From IMG/VR virus record IMGVR_UViG_2571042862_000001: 63,762 nt of DNA. One strand, written 5' to 3'. Positions 52,554 through 63,721 of this stretch are shown here, one piece after another. Every line of letters starts with the position of its first letter. The stretch's first letter is position 1. Both the position numbers and the translations under genes were made by a program. The DNA comes from a virus. Lineage: Duplodnaviria; Heunggongvirae; Uroviricota; Caudoviricetes. The notes under the pieces were generated by a model that did not search any database, was not told the DNA's origin, and saw nothing but the letters and a program-made list of their open reading frames with translations.

Positions 52554-53186
52554 ATGACCAAAATTAACTATCAGGCACTGCGTGAGGCGGCAGAACGTGC
52601 AATTCCGGCAATGGAACGCCTGTTAATGTTGCCAGTTGATGATGATCTGATAAGCGAACAGGAACTTAAAGATTACGGTTTGGATATTGATGCGCTCAAC
52701 GCCTTCAAATTTCTGGCCGGACCAGTAACCGTGCTGGCACTGCTGGATGAACGGGAAAGAAACCAGCAATACATAAAACGCCGCGACCAGGAGAACGAGG
52801 ATATTGCGCTAACGGTAGGGAAGCTGAGAGTTGAGCTTGAGGAAGCAAAATCAAAACTCAACGAGCAGCGTGAGTATTACGAAGGTGTTATCTCGGATGG
52901 GAGTAAGCGTATTGCAGAACTGGAAGCGCGGGAAATAAAACCAGCCAAAGGTGAAGTTCTGGTCGTTGTATCTGGTTTTACTGGTTGCGGAAAAAGCGCC
53001 ATTGCCGGGGAAATAGAAATCGCGATGAAGGCTATTGGTGTATCGGTTAAGTGGACTAATGGCGATGCAGAAAAGCGCATGACTGGCGCTGACTGGCTGA
53101 CTGCGATTGAGATGTACAAACCAACTGTGCGCATCGTGGAAGTTAATGTGCCCCGCGCCGCTGGCATTCGCATCAAAGGAGAGTGA
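52554..53186 (+). CDS. Ead/Ea22-like protein (paralogue C)
   Basis: N-terminus TKINYQALREAAERA. Confidence 0.45.
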   Translation: MTKINYQALREAAERAIPAMERLLMLPVDDDLISEQELKDYGLDIDALNAFKFLAGPVTVLALLDERERNQQYIKRRDQENEDIALTVGKLRVELEEAKSKLNEQREYYEGVISDGSKRIAELEAREIKPAKGEVLVVVSGFTGCGKSAIAGEIEIAMKAIGVSVKWTNGDAEKRMTGADWLTAIEMYKPTVRIVEVNVPRAAGIRIKGE

Positions 53187-53340
53187 TATGGCTAAGTACA
53201 TCGTGACTATCGAAGGATTTAATGATTGCAAGGTTGTTGAGTTTGAAGCAGACACGCCAGAGGATGCCGAAGAAATAGGCAGAGACATATTCTATGAAGA
53301 ATGCAACTACGGCGTATCACCTGCTACAGAGGACTAACAC

Positions 53341-53925
53341 ATGACCACTTTAACCGACAAAGAACTGATTAAAGAAATCAAAGAGCGTATCAGCAGCCTG
53401 GACGTTCGAGACAATATTGAACGCCGGGCTTATGAAATTGCACTGGCATCGCTGGAAGCAGATCCAGTTGCTTATATTTTCAAACATCCGGCTGGAAAAT
53501 TATTCTGGGCTTTAACGGATGAAAGCAATAAAGAGCAATCGGACGTTATTCCTGTTTATGCCGCCCCTCCAGTGCCAGTAGTACCTGAAGAAAAACCAAT
53601 GCCTAATCCTCTTAAAATGTACGCGGTTGATGCTGTTGCCGCTATTGCAGAGGTGAGAGGCTGGAACGCCTGTCGTGCCGCTATGCTTCAGAGTCAAGGT
53701 AATTGCATTAAGGATGGTTGGATAAGCTGTAGTGAGCGAATGCCGGATAGCAAAACAGCCGTTCTTGTTGCCAGGGAGTTTGACAGGAAAGGTGACTGGC
53801 GAATGAAATGGGCGACTTACATACCGGGGCATCCTGACGCTAATGATGGTTGGATAATTCCTGGTGCGTCGTGGAAACCGTCACACTGGATGCCGCTACC
53901 AGAACCGCCGCAGGAGGCGAAATGA
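53341..53925 (+). CDS. DUF551-like phage protein
   Basis: C-terminal WISCSERMPDS ... W..W.PLPEPP pattern. Confidence 0.45.
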   Translation: MTTLTDKELIKEIKERISSLDVRDNIERRAYEIALASLEADPVAYIFKHPAGKLFWALTDESNKEQSDVIPVYAAPPVPVVPEEKPMPNPLKMYAVDAVAAIAEVRGWNACRAAMLQSQGNCIKDGWISCSERMPDSKTAVLVAREFDRKGDWRMKWATYIPGHPDANDGWIIPGASWKPSHWMPLPEPPQEAK

Positions 53926-55142
53926 TGGATGTAAAAGAGAAGGTTTTGCAGGTGATGCGTTCCCGGGCTGCCCTGCAAGATAAAGCTCTCGGCGGGGAAT
54001 ATCCATTCAGGATGGCAACCTGGAATCTGCGGTTGGCAATGGAGAAGGAATTTCCTGATGAAGAATGGCGTTCGGCAGATTTGCGCAAAATTCTTATGGA
54101 GATGGCTAAAGACGGAACAGTATCCAAAGATACCCATGCCAGCCGGATTGGTCAGGCGGTATGGAGACTGGAGGTGAGGTAATGGCTAACCTGCAACTTG
54201 CCGTCAAAGGTGAATACTTCGATGCCATGATTCGCGGAGAGAAAACAGAAGAGTATCGCCTGTGTAATGACTACTGGAATAAGCGAATCATGTTCCGGGA
54301 ATATGACCGCCTGATTATCACAAAGGGATATCCGAAGCGCGACGATTCCAGCCGCAGAATTGATGTTCCGTATGACGGATATGAAATCAAGACAATCACA
54401 CATCCACACTTCGGTGATAAACCGGTAAAGGTGTTCGCGATAAAAGTGAAGATTAATAGCTAAATTTCAATTAACGCGGAGTAATTATGTGGCGCGGTAA
54501 TAATCATGGCGGAAGCCAAATGATACTTACCGAATATCAGCTAGACCACAAAACCAATAAATCACGTTCAGTATATTTGCTTCGGCACAATAGCCGCGTA
54601 AGGAATACCGTGCTGGAGCAAAATCTGACCGTCGAAATGGATAATTTTGGGAACTTCAAGCCAACAATTGCGCTTGATGATTTCCCGCGTGGTTTAAGCG
54701 AAAGAGAAGCAATGCTGAAATTAGCAGAATGGCTACAAAGATTAAGCATTGCTATTGAAGATAACTGGTCTGAACCTTAAATTTATATGATGACACTAAA
54801 ACATTTTCTTGACCGCCCATTATGGGCGGCGGCCGCAGGCTATGACTTTAATTATATGGATTGCATGTCTTATACTGCCAATGCATACGACCATTCGTTC
54901 AGCCTGCTATTTAATTCTTTAAGAATATTGCCGGAAACAGAAGTTGGAGAGCTTCATTTATGGCTATTGGGCTTTATCGCGGCTGTCGTTGGTATTGCTG
55001 TATGGCCTTTTATTTTCTGGCTGGTGGCTGTTGTAGTGTGGTTTAAGTGCAAGACATACCGGAAAAAGTATTTCTTAGGTGATGGAATGACTGATATTGC
55101 CAAAATGAACATTGAAAAATGGACTAAGGAATGTGAAAAGAA

Positions 55143-55874
55143 ATGGCGCAAAAAGAAATGACCAGAATCACTGAAGAGCGTATATCAGAGATTATTTCCC
55201 GTATCGAAATGTATGGTCACGGCGCTGGATACACGGCAGATGAGGTATTGGAGCTTGCCCAAATAGCGTTAGCAACCTGCAAAGACGGTGAGAGTATAAA
55301 GCTGATTGACTTGTTGGTGCAGGAGCTGCCAAAGCGTGGAGGGTGGCCTGATGATGTGCTCGATTGTCGCATGGTTAGAGAGGACTGCTGTGAACCATCA
55401 TATGGTTTCTTTGCTTTTGGCTCTGATCCAGAGAAAAGCCCGCGTGGGCGCAATTTTTGCCTTGAGGTCAGGCTTCCGATAAGTAACCTTGATCGCGAGG
55501 AATACACGGAAATAATTTCGCGCAAACAATACGAAGAGGCTCTTGAAGCATCCAATAAGTTAAATTTTGAGCAATGGCTGGGGCAACAACGCGAAAAAAT
55601 CGACTTGGACTGCGGTTGTGTGTCTACTGAAACATTCATGCACTGGTTGCGGGTAGCTTATGAGGATGGCAACCATCCGGATTTTCCGGATAGTTCCCAA
55701 CAATCGCCCAAGAAAAGCGTAAAAACCACTCTGGAAAGAGGCTATCTTGAGGCCGCATTAAAGATTAAGCCGGGCCATACGCTAGGCGTCATTGATGCCA
55801 TGTTGGTTCATGAAATGGCGAAGGCTTTATTGCCGCTGGTGGCTGATAAAATTCCGAATAAAGCCGATATCTGA
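55143..55874 (+). CDS. hypothetical protein
   Basis: 243-aa ORF followed by terminator. Confidence 0.35.
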   Translation: MAQKEMTRITEERISEIISRIEMYGHGAGYTADEVLELAQIALATCKDGESIKLIDLLVQELPKRGGWPDDVLDCRMVREDCCEPSYGFFAFGSDPEKSPRGRNFCLEVRLPISNLDREEYTEIISRKQYEEALEASNKLNFEQWLGQQREKIDLDCGCVSTETFMHWLRVAYEDGNHPDFPDSSQQSPKKSVKTTLERGYLEAALKIKPGHTLGVIDAMLVHEMAKALLPLVADKIPNKADI

Positions 55875-55885
55875 TCACCATGCTA

Positions 55886-55917
55886 AAATCCCCTCAATTC
55901 ACAGAGGGGATTTTTGT
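55886..55917 (+). terminator. rho-independent terminator
   Basis: aaatcccctc-aattcaca-gaggggattt then ttgt. Confidence 0.65.
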
Positions 55918-56186
55918 ATATGTTGCATAGAGTTTTATGGAAAAGCGTTATTGTCGGCGCGATACTGGCTATATCTGGGTGTGCAATGGTGCAATACAAC
56001 GACGGTGAAAAGGTAAGCATCCAGTCAGATGGCTGGTATGGGATGGATAGTCTGCAAAAAACCGCAGATAAAGCCTGTCAGCAATATGGGAAGTCTAAAG
56101 CAGTATATCAGCATAGCGCGAACGCTAACCCTCATCTAGCGCCCGGTTCTGGTGTTCAGAATACCATCTGGAAATGTGAGCCTTAA
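55914..56186 (+). CDS. small lipoprotein
   Basis: lipobox AISGC after hydrophobic leader. Confidence 0.5.
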   Translation: MYMLHRVLWKSVIVGAILAISGCAMVQYNDGEKVSIQSDGWYGMDSLQKTADKACQQYGKSKAVYQHSANANPHLAPGSGVQNTIWKCEP

Positions 56187-56188
56187 AT

Positions 56189-56440
56189 ATGAGCGACTGG
56201 AATATTGCAGCTAAAAGTCAGGAAGAACGGGATAAGGTTAACGTTGATCTGGCTGCCAGCGGTGTGGCGTACAAAGAGCGATTGAACATACCTGTCATAG
56301 CTGAACAGGTAGCCCGCGAGCAACCAGAGAATCTGCGCACCTATTTCATGGAACGGCTACGGCACTACCGGCAGTTAAGCCTCCAGTTGCCAAAAGGGAG
56401 CGATCCGGTGTATCAGAACGAGGATGCACCAAAAAAATAA
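56189..56440 (+). CDS. hot: homologue of DNA polymerase III theta subunit (HolE)
   Basis: [36 protein letters not shown] parallels E. coli HolE. Confidence 0.85.
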   Translation: MSDWNIAAKSQEERDKVNVDLAASGVAYKERLNIPVIAEQVAREQPENLRTYFMERLRHYRQLSLQLPKGSDPVYQNEDAPKK

Positions 56441-56527
56441 CGGCAAGATGGGGGAGAAATGTGATTAACCCCCAGCGTGGCGCGCCTACAAACCCCGCTT
56501 TCACAAACTATGCCTTTTCAATGTATA

Positions 56528-56543
56528 CTGTATGAATAAACAG
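56528..56543 (+). promoter_or_regulatory. LexA (SOS) box upstream of humD
   Basis: CTGTATGAATAAACAG matches CTGT-N8-ACAG. Confidence 0.8.
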
Positions 56544-56563
56544 TATCATTAAGGTAAAACGCT

Positions 56564-56953
56564 ATGGGCTTCCCTTCTCCTGCGGCGGATTATGCAGAGA
56601 GCCGCATTTCTCTTGATCAGCAACTAATCAGACATCCTTCCGCGACCTACTTCATGCGGGCGGCAGACAGCCATCACCGTGAGGGAATATTGCAAGGTGC
56701 TTTGCTGGTGGTTGATTCCTCACTTACTCCGGTTGATGGTTCACTGCTTATATGCGCTATGGATGGTGAATATCGCATAAAGAGATACAGGAAATATCCG
56801 CGCCAGCACCTGGAGGATTTAAGCACCGGGAAGAAAGAGGCGTTACCAGTAGATGACGATGGATGCACGGGGAGTAATGCTGTTTTTGGTGTGATCACTC
56901 ATGTCATCAATGATGTCCGAAGTGGGGAATTTGATGATTGTCCGGTGATTTAA
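56564..56953 (+). CDS. humD: HumD, UmuD' homologue
   Basis: GFPSPAADYAE..HPSATYF.. aligns with UmuD from its cleavage-site region onward. Confidence 0.85.
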   Translation: MGFPSPAADYAESRISLDQQLIRHPSATYFMRAADSHHREGILQGALLVVDSSLTPVDGSLLICAMDGEYRIKRYRKYPRQHLEDLSTGKKEALPVDDDGCTGSNAVFGVITHVINDVRSGEFDDCPVI

Positions 56954-57019
56954 GCTGCAAAGTGCTGGTGCTTTATACCTGTGAAGTTTATAGTTGTGTA
57001 CACATAACGAGTACATGAG

Positions 57020-57247
57020 GTGTTTATGCAATCCATTAACTTCCGTACCGCGCGCGGCAACCTTTCTGAAGTGCTCAACAATGTTGAAGCCGGGGAAGAG
57101 GTTGAAATCACCCGCAGAGGCCGTGAGCCAGCAGTAATTGTCAGCAAGGCTACTTTCGAAGCCTACAAAAAAGCGGCGCTGGATGCTGAATTTGCATCCC
57201 TGTTTGACACCCTGGACTCCACCAACAAGGAACTGGTTAACCGATAA
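57020..57247 (+). CDS. phd: Phd antitoxin
   Basis: 73 aa [32 protein letters not shown].. ; overlaps doc start. Confidence 0.9.
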   Translation: MFMQSINFRTARGNLSEVLNNVEAGEEVEITRRGREPAVIVSKATFEAYKKAALDAEFASLFDTLDSTNKELVNR

Positions 57248-57627
57248 TGAGGCATATATCACCGGAAGAACTTATTGCGCTTCATGATGCGAATATAAAC
57301 CGCTACGGCGGCCTGCCGGGAATGTCAGATCCGGGTAGGGCAGAGGCCATTATCGGGAGAGTTCAGGCCAGAGTTGCCTACGAAGAGATCACCGACCTTT
57401 TCGAAGTCTCCGCCACCTACCTGGTGGCTACAGCGAGAGGGCATATATTCAATGATGCCAATAAGCGTACCGCGCTAAACAGTGCGCTGTTATTTCTACG
57501 CCGTAACGGGGTGCAGGTATTTGATTCACCTGAACTGGCAGACCTTACTGTAGGCGCTGCGACTGGCGAGATATCTGTATCTTCTGTCGCCGACACGTTA
57601 CGTAGATTGTATGGTTCTGCGGAGTAG
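57247..57627 (+). CDS. doc: Doc toxin (Fic-fold kinase)
   Basis: 126 aa with HxFx(D/N)ANKR-type motif [11 protein letters not shown]. Confidence 0.9.
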   Translation: MRHISPEELIALHDANINRYGGLPGMSDPGRAEAIIGRVQARVAYEEITDLFEVSATYLVATARGHIFNDANKRTALNSALLFLRRNGVQVFDSPELADLTVGAATGEISVSSVADTLRRLYGSAE

Positions 57628-57838
57628 ATTAATGGCACGCAAATACAACAAATTGTCCCGTGAAGCGTTAAAGATGCTTCTTGATGGCGTGAGTCGCCGC
57701 AAGGTAAAGCAATACCTGGTTGGTAAGCAAATTGGAGTCAGGACCGCTATTGCTGTGTTATGCCGTCAGGAAATGGTTGCGCTTAAACAGAGAATGCCGG
57801 GCAGCAGATAAAGCCCAATCAGTGATGAAAGGTGTGAT

Positions 57839-58882
57839 GTGAAAGCCGTAATTACTCCCTTTGTACAGAAAGAGCTTGGCCTCGCCACGTTCAAAGTGGA
57901 TCAGGAGGTCAGAAAGCTGGTGGAGGCTGGCCGTAAATTTATTATGGAGCCGGTGCCGCGTGAGTTAATCGAGCACATGGAAGACGGCCTCGTTGTTACC
58001 GAGCAAACCATGGCAACAAATGAGGCGTTGCAGCCGTTTTTTAACAGCGATGAACTGTTTCGCCGTATTGGTGGAATTGACGCGCTGGTGGCGTGGTTGC
58101 GTAGGAAAGAGGGTCAATGCCAGGCCGCAGATCGTAGTTGGTGTGACAACCATATTGTCCACGCTGAACGAGACAATAGCGCGGTGTTGTTGTGCTGGCA
58201 TCACGATAACCATTATCGGATGCGTGGTTTTAATGAGCTGAAAGAAACGCTGCACAATAATCGCGTTAACTGGATACTGGATGTCGCCCGTCAGGAAATG
58301 GGCCTTTCAAATAGCCATGATTTAAGTATTCAGGAGCTGTGCTGGTGGGCTTTCATGCGCAACATGATGCACCTGATGCCGGAAGAAGTCTGCCGCATAT
58401 CAATAAATAAGATGAAGGCTACTCCGCAGGATAGCGGACCTCTGAAAGAGGCGGATATTCGCCCGTATGACGATCGCGCTACAGCATATGTTCAGATGAT
58501 GGAAGAACGCGCCGCGCCGATGCGTGCAAAAGTATGCCCTGTGGATGTTGACTCCGACCCTGGCATGGCGCATTTCAAAATACCAAAACTGCAATCGCTA
58601 AAAATACCTGAGTACATGGACTTTGTTGCTTCCCGTCCATGCTGTGGGTGTGGAGCTGCGGGAGCTGGCGCTCACATTACGCCTTATATCGTTCGTCATA
58701 GTCGATTATGCGCGCATGACATTTACGCAATTCCTCTGTGCCAGTCATGCCAGCGTGATATTGAGCGTGACCGCGATAATTGGGAGAAGACGCACGGTAG
58801 GTTGGCGATGCATCAACGATTGTTCTTTGATTACGCGCTTGGAGTGGGCGTTATCACAAGTCATTCGTCGAGTGTTAGATAA
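57839..58882 (+). CDS. Cys-rich hypothetical protein
   Basis: 347-aa ORF; C-terminal CCGCG..H..CQSC cluster. Confidence 0.35.
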   Translation: MKAVITPFVQKELGLATFKVDQEVRKLVEAGRKFIMEPVPRELIEHMEDGLVVTEQTMATNEALQPFFNSDELFRRIGGIDALVAWLRRKEGQCQAADRSWCDNHIVHAERDNSAVLLCWHHDNHYRMRGFNELKETLHNNRVNWILDVARQEMGLSNSHDLSIQELCWWAFMRNMMHLMPEEVCRISINKMKATPQDSGPLKEADIRPYDDRATAYVQMMEERAAPMRAKVCPVDVDSDPGMAHFKIPKLQSLKIPEYMDFVASRPCCGCGAAGAGAHITPYIVRHSRLCAHDIYAIPLCQSCQRDIERDRDNWEKTHGRLAMHQRLFFDYALGVGVITSHSSSVR

Positions 58883-58883
58883 A

Positions 58884-58900
58884 ATTGCTCTAATGTATTG
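58884..58900 (+). promoter_or_regulatory. C1 operator upstream of lpa
   Basis: ATTGCTCTAATGTATTG (partial match). Confidence 0.45.
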
Positions 58901-58970
58901 ATATTTCTTTAATCGAGGGTATTATATTCCACGTTGATTAGTTGACATGGGCTAATCAGTAGGTGACAGG

Positions 58971-59423
58971 ATGTTACTTAACTGGCAGGGACGCCACTTC
59001 ATGGAAATAAATCACTCACGAATAACATCGTACGAGATTGCGGATTACATGATCCGCACTAAATCTCTTCTATCAGCGAAAGAACTCGCAGCAATTCTTG
59101 AAAAGGAATACCCGCATCTGGATGTCGATAAGCGCGATGTTTATCTGCGCTTAAAGGCTATCGCTGTGTCTAAGTATTCGTCTGTTTTGATTGATGACAG
59201 TACACGCCCACGTAGATTTCAGATCCACTCTCTGAATCCTGAATTCTTTCGCCGTAGCCGCGCTCCGCGCCGGTTTGATGAAAAACTCCAGAATGAACTC
59301 TATATGACGCAGGACGAAAAGGAACGCCGGGAGCACCAGCCTTGGGTAATGGCGCGTCAACTTTTCAATAAGGTGGCCCGTCAGCACCGTCATTACGGTA
59401 ATGCCACATCCGCACGTATCTGA
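58971..59423 (+). CDS. lpa: late promoter activator Lpa
   Basis: ~150-aa basic ORF between the operator and pacA; assignment by synteny. Confidence 0.55.
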   Translation: MLLNWQGRHFMEINHSRITSYEIADYMIRTKSLLSAKELAAILEKEYPHLDVDKRDVYLRLKAIAVSKYSSVLIDDSTRPRRFQIHSLNPEFFRRSRAPRRFDEKLQNELYMTQDEKERREHQPWVMARQLFNKVARQHRHYGNATSARI

Positions 59424-59508
59424 TTGATTGCTTGCCCGTTCCGGGCCTTTTGACATGTGACTTTCGTTACCCTCGCGTCAAAAAGAGTTTTTACGAAAGG
59501 AAGCATAA

Positions 59509-60702
59509 GTGACCTGGGACGATCACAAGAAGAATTTTGCTCGCCTGGCGCGAGATGGTGGTTACACCATCGCACAGTATGCCGCCGAGTTTAATCTTAA
59601 CCCTAATACCGCACGTCGTTATCTCCGTGCCTTCAAAGAAGACACCAGGACTGCGGACAGCCGCAAGCCAAATAAGCCAGTCAGGAAGCCACTAAAAAGC
59701 ATGATCATTGATCACTCTAATGATCAACATGCAGGTGATCATATTGCGGCTGAAATAGCGGAAAAACAGAGAGTTAATGCCGTTGTCAGTGCCGCAGTCG
59801 AGAATGCGAAGCGCCAAAATAAGCGCATAAATGATCGTTCGGATGATCATGACGTGATCAACCGCGCCCACCGGACCTTACGTGATCGCCTGGAACGCGA
59901 CACCCTGGATGATGATGGTGAACGCTTTGAATTCGAAGCTGGCGATTACCTGATAGATAACGTTGAAGCGCGGAAGGCCGCGCGCGCTATGTTGCGTCGG
60001 TCCGGGGCCGATGTTCTGGAAACCACTCTTCTTGAAAAGTCTCTTTCTCATCTCCTTATGCTGGAGAACGCCAGGGATACGTGTATTCGCCTGGTGCAGG
60101 AAATGCGCGATCAGCAAAAAGACGATGATGAAGGTACTCCGCCTGAATACCGTATCGCGAGCATGCTAAACAGCTGTTCCGCGCAGATAAGCAGTCTGAT
60201 CAACACCATTTACAGCATCCGGAATAACTATCGAAAAGAAAGCCGGGAGGCGGAAAAGCACGCTTTGTCTATGGGGCAAGCTGGCATTGTTAAGCTGGCA
60301 TACGAACGAAAGCGTGAAAATAACTGGTCAGTGCTGGAAGCGGCTGAATTCATCGAGGCGCATGGAGGAAAAGTGCCGCCCCTGATGCTGGAGCAAATCA
60401 AAGCCGATCTGCGTGCTCCTAAGACCAATACCGATGATGAGGAAAACCAAACAGCATCTGGCGCTCCATCACTTGAAGATCTGGATAAAATCGCGCGAGA
60501 ACGGGCCGCCAGCCGCCGCGCTGATGCGGCATTGTGGATTGAGCATCGTAGAGAAGAAATTGCCGATATCGTCGATACAGGTGGTTATGGTGATGTCGAT
60601 GCGGAAGGCATATCAAACGAAGCATGGCTTGAACAGGATCTGGACGAAGACGAGGAGGAAGACGAAGAAGTTACCCGCAAACTGTACGGGGATGATGATT
60701 AA
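59509..60702 (+). CDS. pacA: terminase small subunit PacA
   Basis: 397 aa; contains the pac hexamer repeats; acidic C-terminus. Confidence 0.85.
59702..59861 (+). other. pac packaging site
   Basis: 4 then 3 copies of TGATCA/G hexamers (each containing GATC) flanking a ~90-bp core inside pacA. Confidence 0.7.
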
Positions 60703-62186
60703 TGGCCAGAAGTTGCGTAACGGACCCACGTTGGCGCGAGCTTGTGGCGCTATATCGTTATGACTGGATTGCGGCCGCTGATGTGTTGTTTGGGAAGACA
60801 CCAACCTGGCAGCAGGATGAGATCATTGAGTCCACGCAGCAGGACGGCAGTTGGACAAGTGTGACCTCCGGCCATGGTACTGGTAAATCGGATATGACGA
60901 GTATCATTGCAATACTCTTCATCATGTTTTTCCCCGGCGCTCGCGTCATTCTGGTCGCTAACAAAAGACAGCAAGTCCTTGATGGTATTTTCAAATACAT
61001 AAAGAGCAATTGGGCTACTGCTGTTAGCAGATTCCCGTGGTTGTCGAAGTATTTCATTCTTACAGAAACGTCTTTTTTTGAGGTGACTGGCAAGGGTGTT
61101 TGGACAATATTGATAAAGTCCTGTCGCCCCGGAAATGAGGAGGCGTTGGCTGGTGAACACGCCGATCATCTCTTGTATATCATCGACGAAGCGTCGGGTG
61201 TGAGTGATAAAGCATTCAGTGTGATAACAGGTGCGCTGACCGGTAAGGATAACCGTATTCTGCTTCTTTCCCAGCCTACGCGACCTTCAGGCTATTTCTA
61301 CGATTCACACCACAGACTAGCTATTCGCCCGGGAAATCCTGATGGATTGTTTACTGCGATAATACTGAATAGTGAAGAATCTCCGCTTGTAGATGCAAAA
61401 TTTATACGAGCAAAACTTGCGGAGTATGGCGGTCGTGATAACCCCATGTACATGATCAAAGTACGTGGTGAATTTCCCAAATCTCAAGATGGCTTTCTTC
61501 TTGGTCGTGATGAGGTTGAGCGGGCGACGCGGCGAAAGGTCAAGATTGCCAAAGGATGGGGCTGGGTTGCATGTGTTGACGTTGCTGGTGGCACAGGACG
61601 AGATAAGTCCGTTATTAATATCATGATGGTGTCCGGCCAGCGAAATAAACGCCGTGTAATCAACTATCGTATGCTGGAATACACAGACGTTACAGAAACG
61701 CAGTTAGCCGCCAAGATTTTCGCAGAATGTAACCCAGAACGGTTCCCGAACATAACCATAGCTATTGATGGCGATGGCTTGGGGAAATCGACGGCTGATC
61801 TAATGTACGAACGCTATGGCATTACCGTCCAGCGTATCCGCTGGGGTAAAAAGATGCACAGCCGTGAAGATAAAAGCCTTTATTTCGATATGCGCGCTTT
61901 CGCGAATATTCAGGCGGCAGAAGCTGTAAAATCAGGGCGTATGCGGCTTGATAAGGGGGCTGCGACTATAGAGGAAGCATCAAAGATACCGGTAGGGATA
62001 AATTCCGCAGGTCAATGGAAGGTGATGTCAAAGGAAGATATGAAGAAAAAACTCAACCTGCACTCACCGGACCATTGGGATACATATTGTTTCGCTATGT
62101 TGGCGAACTATGTTCCCCAAGATGAAGTGCTTAGCGTCGAAGACGAAGCGCAGGTTGATGAAGCTCTGGCATGGCTTAATGAATAA
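60702..62186 (+). CDS. pacB: terminase large subunit PacB
   Basis: 494 aa; ATPase/nuclease-type terminase; start overlaps pacA stop. Confidence 0.8.
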
Positions 62187-62211
62187 CAATTTGACCATGC
62201 CGGATGGAAAA

Positions 62212-63063
62212 CTATTGCGCGCTTTCGGGGTTGCTGTTTACTGGCTGCCCCTTCTTAGTTTTACGGCTGCGCGTAACTGATGCGGCTGATTTGACCTTTT
62301 TCTCTTCGCGAGTGATGGCAATTTGTTTTTTTACATTTTCAATATCTGCCAGGCGATATATTTTTGCCTGCGGCCAGCGGTCGCAGATGATCGGTTCTAT
62401 AGAGTCATAAAGGCTAAATTTTGCTTTCTCGAATTCACCGTTGATGATGATTCCATCACGGAGAGTTTCATCGCAGATAAACACACCACACAGCGGCACA
62501 TGGTAACTAACTGATTTACCATCATTGTAGTTAGGGCTACTGGAAATGTAATGGACGCGCAACATTGTTTCGCTAAAGCCGTGTACACGCATACGGAATT
62601 TTTCATCCTCCGGGTACTGCTTCATTAGCTCTTTTGTTGCTTCCAGGTTCTCTATGTATTTCGCACTGTGCTCATTGATCCCTGCGCTTTTCTGGATGCG
62701 AATGTCCTTATCAATCAGATGAATAATGCGGCCAGCGGTCATGTTGACGCTGTTCACAGCTTCTGTCTGATAAGTCGTAACCTTACGCACACCGCGAAGG
62801 ATGTTAGGCACTGGATATAAAATAGTCTTTGGGATATTGAGGTCTGGGTACTGTTCCAGTTCCCGCGCCATTAAAGTCCATTTATCAATTTCAGCCTGAA
62901 TGCTGTCAGTTTCTTTGAACGGCAGAACGACAACCGGGCGTACAGGACGACCGTCGCTGGCGGCATCAACGTGTTGGGCGCGTGCAACAGCTTTTTTTAG
63001 AAAGAGATCCCTGAAGCTGACGAACTCCTGGTACAGTTGTTCGCCGTAGACATAATTTATCAT
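62212..63063 (-). CDS. c1: C1 master repressor of lysogeny
   Basis: 283-aa ORF convergent with pacB; its cognate 17-bp operators are distributed throughout the window. Confidence 0.85.
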   Translation of the reverse strand: MINYVYGEQLYQEFVSFRDLFLKKAVARAQHVDAASDGRPVRPVVVLPFKETDSIQAEIDKWTLMARELEQYPDLNIPKTILYPVPNILRGVRKVTTYQTEAVNSVNMTAGRIIHLIDKDIRIQKSAGINEHSAKYIENLEATKELMKQYPEDEKFRMRVHGFSETMLRVHYISSSPNYNDGKSVSYHVPLCGVFICDETLRDGIIINGEFEKAKFSLYDSIEPIICDRWPQAKIYRLADIENVKKQIAITREEKKVKSAASVTRSRKTKKGQPVNSNPESAQ

Positions 63064-63173
63064 TGATCCTCCTCCAGAATTGACATGGCCAACAACTCAC
63101 AGCGGATTACACTGGGAGTTGTTGGCCACCATTATAGAAGGATCCAACGAAAATAATAGATTTATTAGTGCAT

Positions 63174-63383
63174 TTATTGTGAGTCTGGCTGGTTAGTGGC
63201 CATGAGATATTCGATTGTGTCAGTGAGATCATCCAGGTCGTCTTGGGTGATGCGGTACTCCTGATTGGATATCTTTGAGTAGTGTTCAGCAATGGCGCGG
63301 GCAGCGTCGGTTTCGGCGGGGTCTACAGATAAAGCGTTAGAGCAATGTCTAACGTCGTCGATGGTTGGTGGAATGAAAGCCAT
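63174..63383 (-). CDS. coi: Coi, C1 inactivator
   Basis: 69-aa ORF upstream of c1 with gtgagg RBS. Confidence 0.75.
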   Translation of the reverse strand: MAFIPPTIDDVRHCSNALSVDPAETDAARAIAEHYSKISNQEYRITQDDLDDLTDTIEYLMATNQPDSQ

Positions 63384-63621
63384 AATTATGCCTCACTGTA
63401 TTGACAACACAGAGCCTGAAGCTCTGACCTACTGTTTCACCCATGATCCATGCTGGGGTAATCTAACAACATTGCGCTGTGTGTAAGATGAGCAATGCAT
63501 AGCTGTAATGCCGTTGTATAAGGTTTCCCTGTTTGCTCATTTCCTTCTGAGCCGCTCTACAACGCTGAAGACACATTAAATAGTGAATCCAAAGTCGTAT
63601 TACGAAACGGCGGCAAAACTA

Positions 63622-63721
63622 TAATTTATTAGAGCAATTGTCAAACAACTATGAAAAACAATCCAGTTTTTGGCTGGTGGAGTGGGATTTTTCTCTCAAA
63701 ATTTATTGCTCTAATAATTCT
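63622..63721. promoter_or_regulatory. cluster of C1 operators upstream of coi-c1
   Basis: TAATTTATTAGAGCAAT (reverse) and ATTGCTCTAATAATTCT (forward). Confidence 0.7.

Noticed and set aside
63384-63600. Small minus-strand ORF (~25 aa, MSKQGNLIQRHYSYALLILHTAQCC) upstream of coi, possibly an imc-like gene
   Set aside because: Too short and without clear RBS to support a call from sequence alone.
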